Assembly: GCA_035631115.1 (NCBI GenBank)
Contig: DASQJJ010000006.1
Coordinates: 11,551 to 75,550, forward strand
Reading direction: 5' to 3'
Source of the DNA: Candidatus Eiseniibacteriota bacterium
GTDB taxonomy: Bacteria > Patescibacteriota > Microgenomatia > Levybacterales > UBA12049
DNA length: 64,000 nt
The position numbers and the translations under genes were made by a program. The notes beneath the pieces are model-generated. The model was not told where the DNA came from. It searched no databases and saw only the letters and a program-made list of their open reading frames with translations. Positions within the stretch are counted from its first letter, which is position 1, and every line of letters begins with the position of its first letter. Below are positions 17,628 to 25,767 of the stretch, piece by piece.

Positions 17628-19684
17628 CCTTGTATTTTACCATTTTTACCCATAAATAAGCCAGCATATCCAAAAAGTACCAGTAATCCTGCCACAATAA
17701 GAGTGGCTATACTTATTTGTACTCCCTGCTCTACCCATTGCTGAGGCTTGTACACAATAGTTATGTCGTAATTTCCATCTTTGGGCAAGATGAAGCTATT
17801 AAATCTTTTGTCAAAGAGTGTGGAGTCAATCGATTTTCCTCCCACTTGTGCCTGCCAGAATGGGTCGTACATATCCGAGAAAATAAGCATTTCCCCTTTT
17901 GTAACATTTTGCACATTAACAGCATATTGAGTTGTTGCATTTTGCATAAAAAAACTTTTTCCTTGCCCTGTCAGCCAAAAATGATTCTTTACTTGACTCA
18001 GGGCGAATACATGTATTTTTCCAAAACCATTAAGTTCAGTAAGATACGACAATCTACGTACTTCTCTTACAGTATCCAAATAAACTTTCTGGTCGTATTT
18101 TCTATCGGTGAGAAAAAACTCACCCTGACTATCATATGGGACCACGACATACCCAATACTTGCTTCTCGCAATTCATTCTCTGTTTTGTTTTCATGTAAT
18201 GCATCTAACACTCCGGATATACTTGCAACGTTAAAAAAGTTATACGCGTCAACAGAAGGATGATTTTCCGAAATGTGTGCACCGAATTTTTGTGGTTGTG
18301 GTACCCAAAGTATGCGGCCAAAACTACTTTGATTATTTAAAAATGTGTCAAGCGTAGTATATTCCTTAGGAAAAGTATGTTGCTGAAATGTCCCCCCAAG
18401 CTGTCCAACAACAGCTGGCCGAACTAGAAAAACCAGACAGCCTACGAAAAGTAAGAAAAACATAATTTGAAAATTGAAAATTTTTGGTTTGATTGAAAAT
18501 TTAAAATTGAAAGTTGAAAATTTTTCTTTTTGAGATAACCAATTAGATGTTTTAAAAATAGTAAATGGAATCAATACCGAATATGATATTGCAATTATCA
18601 TGTACCACTTGGTCGGGTCTCGAAACATAATAAAACCAGGTACATGATCAAAAAGCCAAATGTACGTATTGCCAAATGGATCATTTGCGCCTTTTGCCAG
18701 AAATACTCCAAGCAGTCCAATTAATGAAAAGAATAAAATAGCTAGTTTTTCTTTCTTTTGCTTGATATCTATGAAAAATAATGATCCAAAGGCAAGAATC
18801 GGGAGCAAAAGAAATTCCCACCTCATAAAATGAGTAAAACCAAATATATTTTCAGGCCAATTTGGATGCAAAAGACCTAGCGCATCCTCAAATTTTGCAA
18901 AACTAAAAAATTGAATTGATTTTGAAGATGTGTAAATATCACCAAATTGACGAATTGCCTTCCCATGCGTAAGAAGTGTTGGTAAGAGCCAAAATGCATG
19001 GAGACCAATAATAAGTATTCCGGAAAGAGTAAAAAGAAGGAAATATTTTTTTACTTTTTCTCCAGTGAGGCCTGGTAATTCAAAAACGAATCTCAGCGTG
19101 AGAAGAAAAAGCAGTATATATCCAATACGGATATCTAAAAGAAAAATAAGAGAAAAAACCAAAGAAAAAATAACTGCACTTCTCAGTGTAATTTTTTGAA
19201 GGAGTTCTTCGAATGCGATAAAACCAAATGGAGCAAGACTGTAGGATAAGGCAATACCTGTTTGGCCTCCTCCTACTAAAAGAAGTGCATATGTGTTGGC
19301 GATATAAAGAAACCCCGCCAAAAGAGCAAAAACCTTTGACTTAAAAAAATAAAAATACAGAGACCATGCAGAAAGAAAACCAAAAAGAAGATATGGCCAA
19401 AACCAAAATATTTTTTCATACCAATTCCAACCTAGAAAGAGTGCCGTTTTTATTGTGGCAAGAAAATAAGATTCTAACCATAGCGTTGATAAATTGCTTG
19501 CACCCATTCCCATATGTCTTCCATCCCATGCAGGGAGATTGTTAATGTCAAGAATTGCTCGGTTCCAATAATAAACCCAGTCTCCACTTACGAGTAAATT
19601 CCCGGAAAACCAATTTTTGAAGACAAGCAGCAGGGGTATAAAAATAACAACAAAAAGAATAAATGTACCCAAGAATTTTTTCAT
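17624..19684 (-). CDS. large GT-C-like membrane protein with extracytoplasmic C-terminal domain
   Basis: SGDW first loop, PGFIMFRDPTKW, GRILWVP, C-terminal TM. Confidence 0.7.
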   Translation of the reverse strand: MKKFLGTFILFVVIFIPLLLVFKNWFSGNLLVSGDWVYYWNRAILDINNLPAWDGRHMGMGASNLSTLWLESYFLATIKTALFLGWNWYEKIFWFWPYLLFGFLSAWSLYFYFFKSKVFALLAGFLYIANTYALLLVGGGQTGIALSYSLAPFGFIAFEELLQKITLRSAVIFSLVFSLIFLLDIRIGYILLFLLTLRFVFELPGLTGEKVKKYFLLFTLSGILIIGLHAFWLLPTLLTHGKAIRQFGDIYTSSKSIQFFSFAKFEDALGLLHPNWPENIFGFTHFMRWEFLLLPILAFGSLFFIDIKQKKEKLAILFFSLIGLLGVFLAKGANDPFGNTYIWLFDHVPGFIMFRDPTKWYMIIAISYSVLIPFTIFKTSNWLSQKEKFSTFNFKFSIKPKIFNFQIMFFLLFVGCLVFLVRPAVVGQLGGTFQQHTFPKEYTTLDTFLNNQSSFGRILWVPQPQKFGAHISENHPSVDAYNFFNVASISGVLDALHENKTENELREASIGYVVVPYDSQGEFFLTDRKYDQKVYLDTVREVRRLSYLTELNGFGKIHVFALSQVKNHFWLTGQGKSFFMQNATTQYAVNVQNVTKGEMLIFSDMYDPFWQAQVGGKSIDSTLFDKRFNSFILPKDGNYDITIVYKPQQWVEQGVQISIATLIVAGLLVLFGYAGLFMGKNGKIQG
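18467..18525. repeat. heptamer (TTGAAAA) array, in-frame
   Basis: (TTGAAAA)2-TTTTTGG-TTTGA-TTGAAAA TTTAAAA TTGAAAG TTGAAAA-TTTTT; encodes KFSTFNFKFSIKPKIFNFQ. Confidence 0.8.
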
Positions 19685-19690
19685 GTATTT

Positions 19691-20725
19691 TTAGAAACCT
19701 CTTACAGTATATACCTGTTTTAGGGTCTTGGAATATTCCTTTACTCTTCCTCGTCCTTTTACATTTTGAATATATATGTCTCTTACTAATTTTAAAACAA
19801 ATTTCGGAGTGCAATATGCTGCAATAAGAGTTGCCCAATAACGCATAGACCATGTATATGAAGGATTAAGCTCTCTAAGTCTTTTAGCGTACTTAAGAAG
19901 ATTGCTATTGTTTGAGTTGTATTTAATTATTGCTAAAAAATTAACATTTATTGCAACCTGCCTATTCAGTGTTTTTCTATAACATTTTTCTCCTGCCACT
20001 TTTCGGATAACTTCATATACTTTTTCCCATGATAACTTACCATTTACAACAAAATGTGCTGGGTGTTTGTCTTGATGAGACCAGGAAGCAACAATAGAAT
20101 GAGAGTACAAGAAAAAGCCTCCTTGTGCCTCAAGACTTCTAAAACATATTTCAAACCATGGAATAAATTCTGAATCGATTATGGAAATTCTTTTGGGATA
20201 TATATTTTTAAAAACGATTCCTGTTATAAAGTGCAGATCAATTTTATCTATATAATCAACCGCTTCCTCAGGACTTGCATGGGCCTTAAATGCAAGGTCT
20301 TTCGTAATAAATTTGTTTCTTACGTAGTCAAATATATCTTTCTTGTCAAAGGTTTGATAGACATAATTAATTCGAATAAGTCCATAATTATACTTTTTAA
20401 TAAGGTCGTATGTCTTCTGTAGAACATCATCATACAAAAGATAATCATCATCACCGTGAAGAAATACATATTCTCCTCTTACATATTCCAAAACTTTTCC
20501 AATATTTTTGACAGCTCCAAGATTTTTCTTATTACGGTAATAACGAATTCTCTTATCCTTAAGGGACATGATGCGTTTTTGCGTTTCGTCTGTTGACCCA
20601 TCGTCACAGACAATAACTTCAAAATCCTTGAATGACTGCGCAAGGATCCTTTTTACTGCAAACTCTACATCTTCTGCTCTATTGTAGGTTGCGATGGGTA
20701 TTGAAAAAAATGGTCTTTTATTCAT
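19691..20725 (-). CDS. GT2 glycosyltransferase
   Basis: FSIPIATYNR, CDDGSTD, NLGAVKN, LHGDDD. Confidence 0.88.
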   Translation of the reverse strand: MNKRPFFSIPIATYNRAEDVEFAVKRILAQSFKDFEVIVCDDGSTDETQKRIMSLKDKRIRYYRNKKNLGAVKNIGKVLEYVRGEYVFLHGDDDYLLYDDVLQKTYDLIKKYNYGLIRINYVYQTFDKKDIFDYVRNKFITKDLAFKAHASPEEAVDYIDKIDLHFITGIVFKNIYPKRISIIDSEFIPWFEICFRSLEAQGGFFLYSHSIVASWSHQDKHPAHFVVNGKLSWEKVYEVIRKVAGEKCYRKTLNRQVAINVNFLAIIKYNSNNSNLLKYAKRLRELNPSYTWSMRYWATLIAAYCTPKFVLKLVRDIYIQNVKGRGRVKEYSKTLKQVYTVRGF

Positions 20726-21821
20726 GTAATTTTTCTATCATTCTCAATGCCGTAACAAATCTTTGCCTGTCATTTTCTATACCTTTTGCATTATAGTACC
20801 CAGATACCGACCTTGTCGCAACTTTTACAAGCATAATCCGAAGAAAGTAAAACCAAAAGAGATATGAGGATTGTAATACACTGCTATCCATACCCAAACC
20901 ATTACAAAAGCTTTGAAAATACTTTTGCTGCTTTTTCTCAAAAAGAAATGTATTAACAAAAGCAACTTCCCATAATAGATCCCCTATTATTGTATCTTCC
21001 CAATCAAGAATTGCCTTTATTTTTGTCTTATGGAAAATTACATTTCTCGTAGCAAGATCGTTGTGAATAAGTACCATTGGTCTTTCATTAAGATTCATTG
21101 AATTTTCCGAAAAGATTCTTTCTATGATTTGCTTTGATTTTTTTGTAATTACTTTTAACGAATAGGTTTTGCTAATATGCTTTGATAAGTTTGTATAAAA
21201 AAATTCTTCCCAATTAGATGAGATTCCTGAAAATTCTCCTTTTTTTAAAAGTGCTGTCATACTAAGCAGCCCAACTCCCTTCAATGGAATCGAATGAATT
21301 TTTTTAAGTACTCTTCCTAAATTTGTATATACGTCATTTAACGCAGAGTATCTTTTATCTTCTAGCGTATCTCCTTCTATAAATTCCATAATCATAAAGT
21401 CAAACGGATAGTATTTTCGTGAAACATCAACTAAAAATATTTTCACTGATGGCATATGAAGCTGTTTCAAGGCATTCTGTATTTTTTCTTCTGTAAAAAA
21501 TGTAAAATCTGTATAAAGACTTTGCAAAGCACTCACACGTAACACATATGTATGTTTTTTTGTGACCACCTTATACAAAACGTGGTATGTACTTTTTGTA
21601 GAAATTAAAGAATACTGCATAACAGTTTCATTACATGAGTCACGGAAAATAGTATTAATATATAGTGGAATACTCGCAAAGATTTTTTCTTTCTCTTTTA
21701 TCAACTCTTGCTCCAAAAAAAGAATGTCTGCCTTGGGATAAAATACTTTCTTACGAATAGAAGAAAAGTGTTTTAAAGAATTCTCGGAGAAATTAAAACT
21801 TTTTGTAGTCAAAGTATTCAT
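20718..21821 (-). CDS. APH/choline-kinase-like phosphotransferase
   Basis: MIMEFIEG hinge, LIHNDLATRNVI (Brenner motif), ILDWED. Confidence 0.85.
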   Translation of the reverse strand: MNTLTTKSFNFSENSLKHFSSIRKKVFYPKADILFLEQELIKEKEKIFASIPLYINTIFRDSCNETVMQYSLISTKSTYHVLYKVVTKKHTYVLRVSALQSLYTDFTFFTEEKIQNALKQLHMPSVKIFLVDVSRKYYPFDFMIMEFIEGDTLEDKRYSALNDVYTNLGRVLKKIHSIPLKGVGLLSMTALLKKGEFSGISSNWEEFFYTNLSKHISKTYSLKVITKKSKQIIERIFSENSMNLNERPMVLIHNDLATRNVIFHKTKIKAILDWEDTIIGDLLWEVAFVNTFLFEKKQQKYFQSFCNGLGMDSSVLQSSYLFWFYFLRIMLVKVATRSVSGYYNAKGIENDRQRFVTALRMIEKLHE

Positions 21822-22710
21822 TCATGTATGTTGTCAGTGATTTTATCTCATCATGCTCTTTTTTTGACAACTCTTTTATTTTTTCTATGTTGTATGCAAC
21901 CGTTGGGTATTGAATTGTTCCCCATGGATATTGATTGTCTAATTTTTTACCATTCCAGGAAGGATACAAAAGATTTTCTTCAAAGGGTATTCCTAATGTT
22001 GTAGAAAGGGTTGTAAAAAACTTTTTAGGGTTTGCGATAAGGTCCTCAAATTTTACAGTAATCACATTATTAGGAAAAAGAGTTGCATAATTAATCGCAG
22101 ATAGCTGAGTGACATTCCACGTATGTATATACCGTTGCAAAGATAATGGAGCAGGTCTATGCTTTGTTTCTGCATACGCAGAGTATGGATTTCTTACAAT
22201 GTGAATTATTTTTGCATTTGGAAAATCTGCAATAATTTTCTCTGCATCCAGAATTTGTACAGGATTATATCCAACATATATTTCCTCTTTTCCGCTACCA
22301 TTATAATTTTTCCATGCCAAAAATGTTGATTTGTAAAATGCCTCTATAGCGTTTGCCCTGGTAATATTTTTTCCTAGAAGCTTTACGAAGATTTTCTTTC
22401 TTTCTTTGTCATTTAAAGAAATTTGCACTTCTTTAAATTTACTCATGTGTGGTGCTTTTGTCCTAACTTTTACTTCTTCATCCCAAATATCTTCATACAT
22501 TTGCTCCGGTGTTTCCCCTAACTGAAATTGAGACCATCTATATTTATGGGGAACAAAAGAAGATAAGTAGTCACATATATTTTTTGTCCCTACTTGTGAT
22601 TCAAAAGGGTATACAAAAAGTTTGGAATGTCCATCAAGATGTCTCTGTAGTGTATTTCCACCATTCTCATACATAGCGGAAATCATAAAAAGTTTGAAAG
22701 ATTTTGCCAT
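21793..22710 (-). CDS. sulfotransferase-fold protein with atypical motifs
   Basis: LDGHSKL, AKIIHIVRNPY, VKFEDLIANP; 5-prime PSB loop reads SAMYENGGNT. Confidence 0.7.
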   Translation of the reverse strand: MAKSFKLFMISAMYENGGNTLQRHLDGHSKLFVYPFESQVGTKNICDYLSSFVPHKYRWSQFQLGETPEQMYEDIWDEEVKVRTKAPHMSKFKEVQISLNDKERKKIFVKLLGKNITRANAIEAFYKSTFLAWKNYNGSGKEEIYVGYNPVQILDAEKIIADFPNAKIIHIVRNPYSAYAETKHRPAPLSLQRYIHTWNVTQLSAINYATLFPNNVITVKFEDLIANPKKFFTTLSTTLGIPFEENLLYPSWNGKKLDNQYPWGTIQYPTVAYNIEKIKELSKKEHDEIKSLTTYMNEYFDYKKF

Positions 22711-22714
22711 ATTT

Positions 22715-23713
22715 TTATTTTATAGAGAGCTTATCATAATGTATTTCTTCCTGCCAAGCAACAGTTAATTCCAAACCTTCTTTAAGAGAATATTCTGGTC
22801 TCCATCCCAAAATTCTTTTAATTTTTGCATTGTTTCCAAACCAATCTATAATATCCCAATTTCTATTTTTCATCGTAGAAAATTGTGGATTTTCAGAAAT
22901 TTCAAACATTTTCTTTACCATAAAGGCAAGTGTTTTTATTTTTGTTTTCTTACCCGTTGCAACATTAAATACCTCACCATACATTCTTTTTTGCATTTTT
23001 GCCGCACTTATCACAAAAGCGGAAACAACATCATCTATGTAGATAAAGTCACGAGATATCTTAGGGTCAACAAAATTTGGCAACGTCTTATGTATTGCCT
23101 TGGAAACCAAAACAGGCATTAGCCTATCAGGCTCTTCCCAAGGTCCATATGCCGAATACAGCCTCAGATGCACCACAGGAAGGTGCTCTACTTTTCCATA
23201 GTACTTGAGCAAATAATAATTCCCAACCTTAGAAACAGCGTAATGGCTATTTGGGATAAGCTCTCCTGTTTCTTTTGGACCCTTTGCATTGAGGCCATAT
23301 TCAGACTGGGACCCCGCATGGATATATGCTTTAAATGGTATCTTTTTTAACTCCTCGAGAATATTTACTGTAGAGAGCGCATTTGTCTTATATATTTCCT
23401 TATAGTCACTTTGCTTTGCATATGCACCGTATGCTGCTAAGTTAAAAACAGTAAGCGGTTTTACTTTCTTAAATATTTTTTCTATGTCTTTTGTATTTGT
23501 AATATCAGAATCAATAATATTTTTTGTAGGTATTTTTGCAAGGCGAAATCTCCAATTCTTTTTTTTATTTCTTGAAACTCCAAAAACATCTTTTCTATAT
23601 GTAAGAAGCGTCTTTAGAAGGTTAACTCCAATAAATCCTCCACTTCCCAGGATAAGAATTGGTCCATGGAGTTTTTTTATGTGGGCACGTAGCGATGCGC
23701 GGCTTTGTCTCAT
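22715..23713 (-). CDS. extended SDR NDP-sugar epimerase/reductase
   Basis: GSGGFIG, FNLAAYG, GSQSEYG, YAVSK, RDFIYIDD. Confidence 0.88.
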   Translation of the reverse strand: MRQSRASLRAHIKKLHGPILILGSGGFIGVNLLKTLLTYRKDVFGVSRNKKKNWRFRLAKIPTKNIIDSDITNTKDIEKIFKKVKPLTVFNLAAYGAYAKQSDYKEIYKTNALSTVNILEELKKIPFKAYIHAGSQSEYGLNAKGPKETGELIPNSHYAVSKVGNYYLLKYYGKVEHLPVVHLRLYSAYGPWEEPDRLMPVLVSKAIHKTLPNFVDPKISRDFIYIDDVVSAFVISAAKMQKRMYGEVFNVATGKKTKIKTLAFMVKKMFEISENPQFSTMKNRNWDIIDWFGNNAKIKRILGWRPEYSLKEGLELTVAWQEEIHYDKLSIK

Positions 23714-24216
23714 CTAATTAAATTAACATACCAAGGCTTGTTTTCTTTTAGTATTTTTTTAACAACCTGAGGAATCTCATCTATTGTTTTGGGCCACAAA
23801 GGAGTAATGTTGGAAAAAATCTTCATCACTTCTTTATCTTCTTCTACCCAGTGAGTAATGCCATCTTCTTTATAGTTTCTTTCTCTACCCGAACCAATCA
23901 ACCTAACAGGCGCAGATTCGTAGTTGATGTAATTTCTTATTGTTTCAAAGGGTCTATACAAAAGAAATGTTGTTGCTGTATACACAAGGGGTATTTTTCC
24001 CTCTTGTGCCAATCCTACAGCTATTCCTATCATTGCCTGCTCCGATGCACCTACATTAATAAATCTATTTGGAAAATCACGTCTCACATCATCCCACATG
24101 CGATAACCAAAATCACCAACAATAACCCAAATGTCTTTATTTTTTTTCATATGCTTATATACTTCATGGGCAAATGCAGCCCGCATCAATCTTTTATAAA
24201 TTGGTATTATTTTCAT
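23710..24216 (-). CDS. transketolase pyrimidine-binding subunit (short, no C-terminal domain)
   Basis: RFINVGASEQAMIGIAVGLAQEG, RPFETIR, DGITH. Confidence 0.85.
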   Translation of the reverse strand: MKIIPIYKRLMRAAFAHEVYKHMKKNKDIWVIVGDFGYRMWDDVRRDFPNRFINVGASEQAMIGIAVGLAQEGKIPLVYTATTFLLYRPFETIRNYINYESAPVRLIGSGRERNYKEDGITHWVEEDKEVMKIFSNITPLWPKTIDEIPQVVKKILKENKPWYVNLIR

Positions 24217-24947
24217 ATACGTAACATCTTGAGTGCTTTTTCGTAATCATTTTCATTCATTGCATAATAATGTGCATCCTGTCCTTTAAGAAAAGGTAGC
24301 TGGTCACTTGTTGTATGAGCAAATACAAGCATAGACTTTGATGATTTTACTTGTAATGCTCTCATAATTTCCTTCATATCATGGCCTTGTACTTCAATGG
24401 ATTTTATTCCAAATGCTTTTAGTCTTTGATAGAGTTTTTTTGTTTCTATTGCGCTAAATGCACCCCATCCATTTGCATTGACAATAATTTTTAGATTAGG
24501 AATTTCTAAGTCAACAATTATTCTTAATGCCTCCCAAATACTTCCCTCTGCACACTCACCGTCTGAGATAGCGCAGTATATTGTTCTTTTTTTATTAGCA
24601 AGTGCTATACCAATTGCAATAGGTAAGCCTTGACCAAGACTACCTGATGACACGTGAATATCTATTTCTGGATTTCTATCTGGATGAATATGAAGTTCTT
24701 GTATACTGTCTTTGTCTTTTATTTTTTTATACTTTTCTAGAATTGTGTATAGAGCAATTCCAGCATGACCATTGGACAAAATAAATTTGTCATTTCTTTT
24801 TTTTATCTTATAGATGCAATCAATAATATCGACAACACTCAAACATGATCCAATGTGTGACAAATTTTGAGCATAGCTTATTTCAAGAATTCTTTTCCTT
24901 GTTTCTTTCTGCTCTTTTGTAAGAAGACTAAGATTAAATCTTTTCAT
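24213..24947 (-). CDS. transketolase N-terminal ThDP-binding subunit
   Basis: SHIGSCLS, LSNGH, SGSLGQGL, SDGECAEGSIWEA...N; start reassigned to 24947. Confidence 0.88.
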   Translation of the reverse strand: MKRFNLSLLTKEQKETRKRILEISYAQNLSHIGSCLSVVDIIDCIYKIKKRNDKFILSNGHAGIALYTILEKYKKIKDKDSIQELHIHPDRNPEIDIHVSSGSLGQGLPIAIGIALANKKRTIYCAISDGECAEGSIWEALRIIVDLEIPNLKIIVNANGWGAFSAIETKKLYQRLKAFGIKSIEVQGHDMKEIMRALQVKSSKSMLVFAHTTSDQLPFLKGQDAHYYAMNENDYEKALKMLRI

Positions 24948-24972
24948 TGACTCATGAGGACAGGTACATGCA

Positions 24973-25050
24973 ATTATACACAAAAACTCTTCCTTGTATA
25001 GAGCATATCTACATTGATGTCTTGCAAAGAGAGTGGTCTCTTGAGAAAAT
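24973..25050. promoter_or_regulatory. candidate divergent promoters
   Basis: Minus TATAAT at 24978-24973; plus TTGCAA (25022)-17 nt-GAAAAT (25045), with inverted repeat AAGAGA-N4-TCTCTT in the spacer. Confidence 0.4.
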
Positions 25051-25059
25051 GCAGAGCAT

Positions 25060-25767
25060 ATGACAATAACCTACTCTATTATTCTTCCTATTTATCACCA
25101 ATCAAACCAAATAGAGACACTTGTCTCGTCCTATGGAAATGGTCTTAAAAGACTTAAAGATTCATTTGAAATTATTCTTGTCATTAATGGTGCAGATACA
25201 GAGTCATACGATATTGCCAAAAAACTTACACAAAAAAATTCCTTTTTAAAAGTTGTCTATTTGAAAGATGCCGGCTGGGGAAATTCAATTATTGAAGGAA
25301 TAAAGACTGCACAGGGTAAATTTATTTGTTATACAAATTCAGCCAGAACAAGAATTTCTGATTTAATTACTATTCTTACCTACTCTAAAAACAATCCATC
25401 GGTTGTTATTAAAGCAACAAGAATACTTCACCTCAATCTTTTACGAAAGCTCGGATCCACCCTGTACAACATTGAATGCCGATTGCTTCTCCATACTCCT
25501 GTATGGGATGTTAATGGTACTCCAAAAGTAATGCCATCTCATGTTGCGAAAAAGATAGGCCTTACATCCAAAGGAGATTTGATTGACGCAGAGCTTATCG
25601 CAAAATGTGTATGGAATAATATTCCTATACTCGAGGTTCCTATTCTTTTTCCACCGAGATTTGGAGGAAATAGTACAACGCGGGTATTTTCTGCATTAAA
25701 AATGTATGCAGGCGTTTTGCAAATTAAAGATATGCTAAAAAGACAGACTTCTTTACGAAAAAAGTAA
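25060..25767 (+). CDS. GT2, DPM-synthase-like, non-canonical (no DxD)
   Basis: YSIILPIY, FEIILVING, GWGNSIIEG, ICYTNSAR, IDAELIAK, EVPI..PPRFGG. Confidence 0.75.
   Translation: MTITYSIILPIYHQSNQIETLVSSYGNGLKRLKDSFEIILVINGADTESYDIAKKLTQKNSFLKVVYLKDAGWGNSIIEGIKTAQGKFICYTNSARTRISDLITILTYSKNNPSVVIKATRILHLNLLRKLGSTLYNIECRLLLHTPVWDVNGTPKVMPSHVAKKIGLTSKGDLIDAELIAKCVWNNIPILEVPILFPPRFGGNSTTRVFSALKMYAGVLQIKDMLKRQTSLRKK

Noticed and set aside
20718-21821. Aminoglycoside resistance gene
   Set aside because: Only the general APH/kinase fold is supported; it is overlap-coupled inside a sugar cassette.
23683-23705. GC-rich N-terminus of the SDR (GTAGCGATGCGCGG), resembling half of a GTAG-type REP
   Set aside because: No complete palindrome and no second copy in the window.
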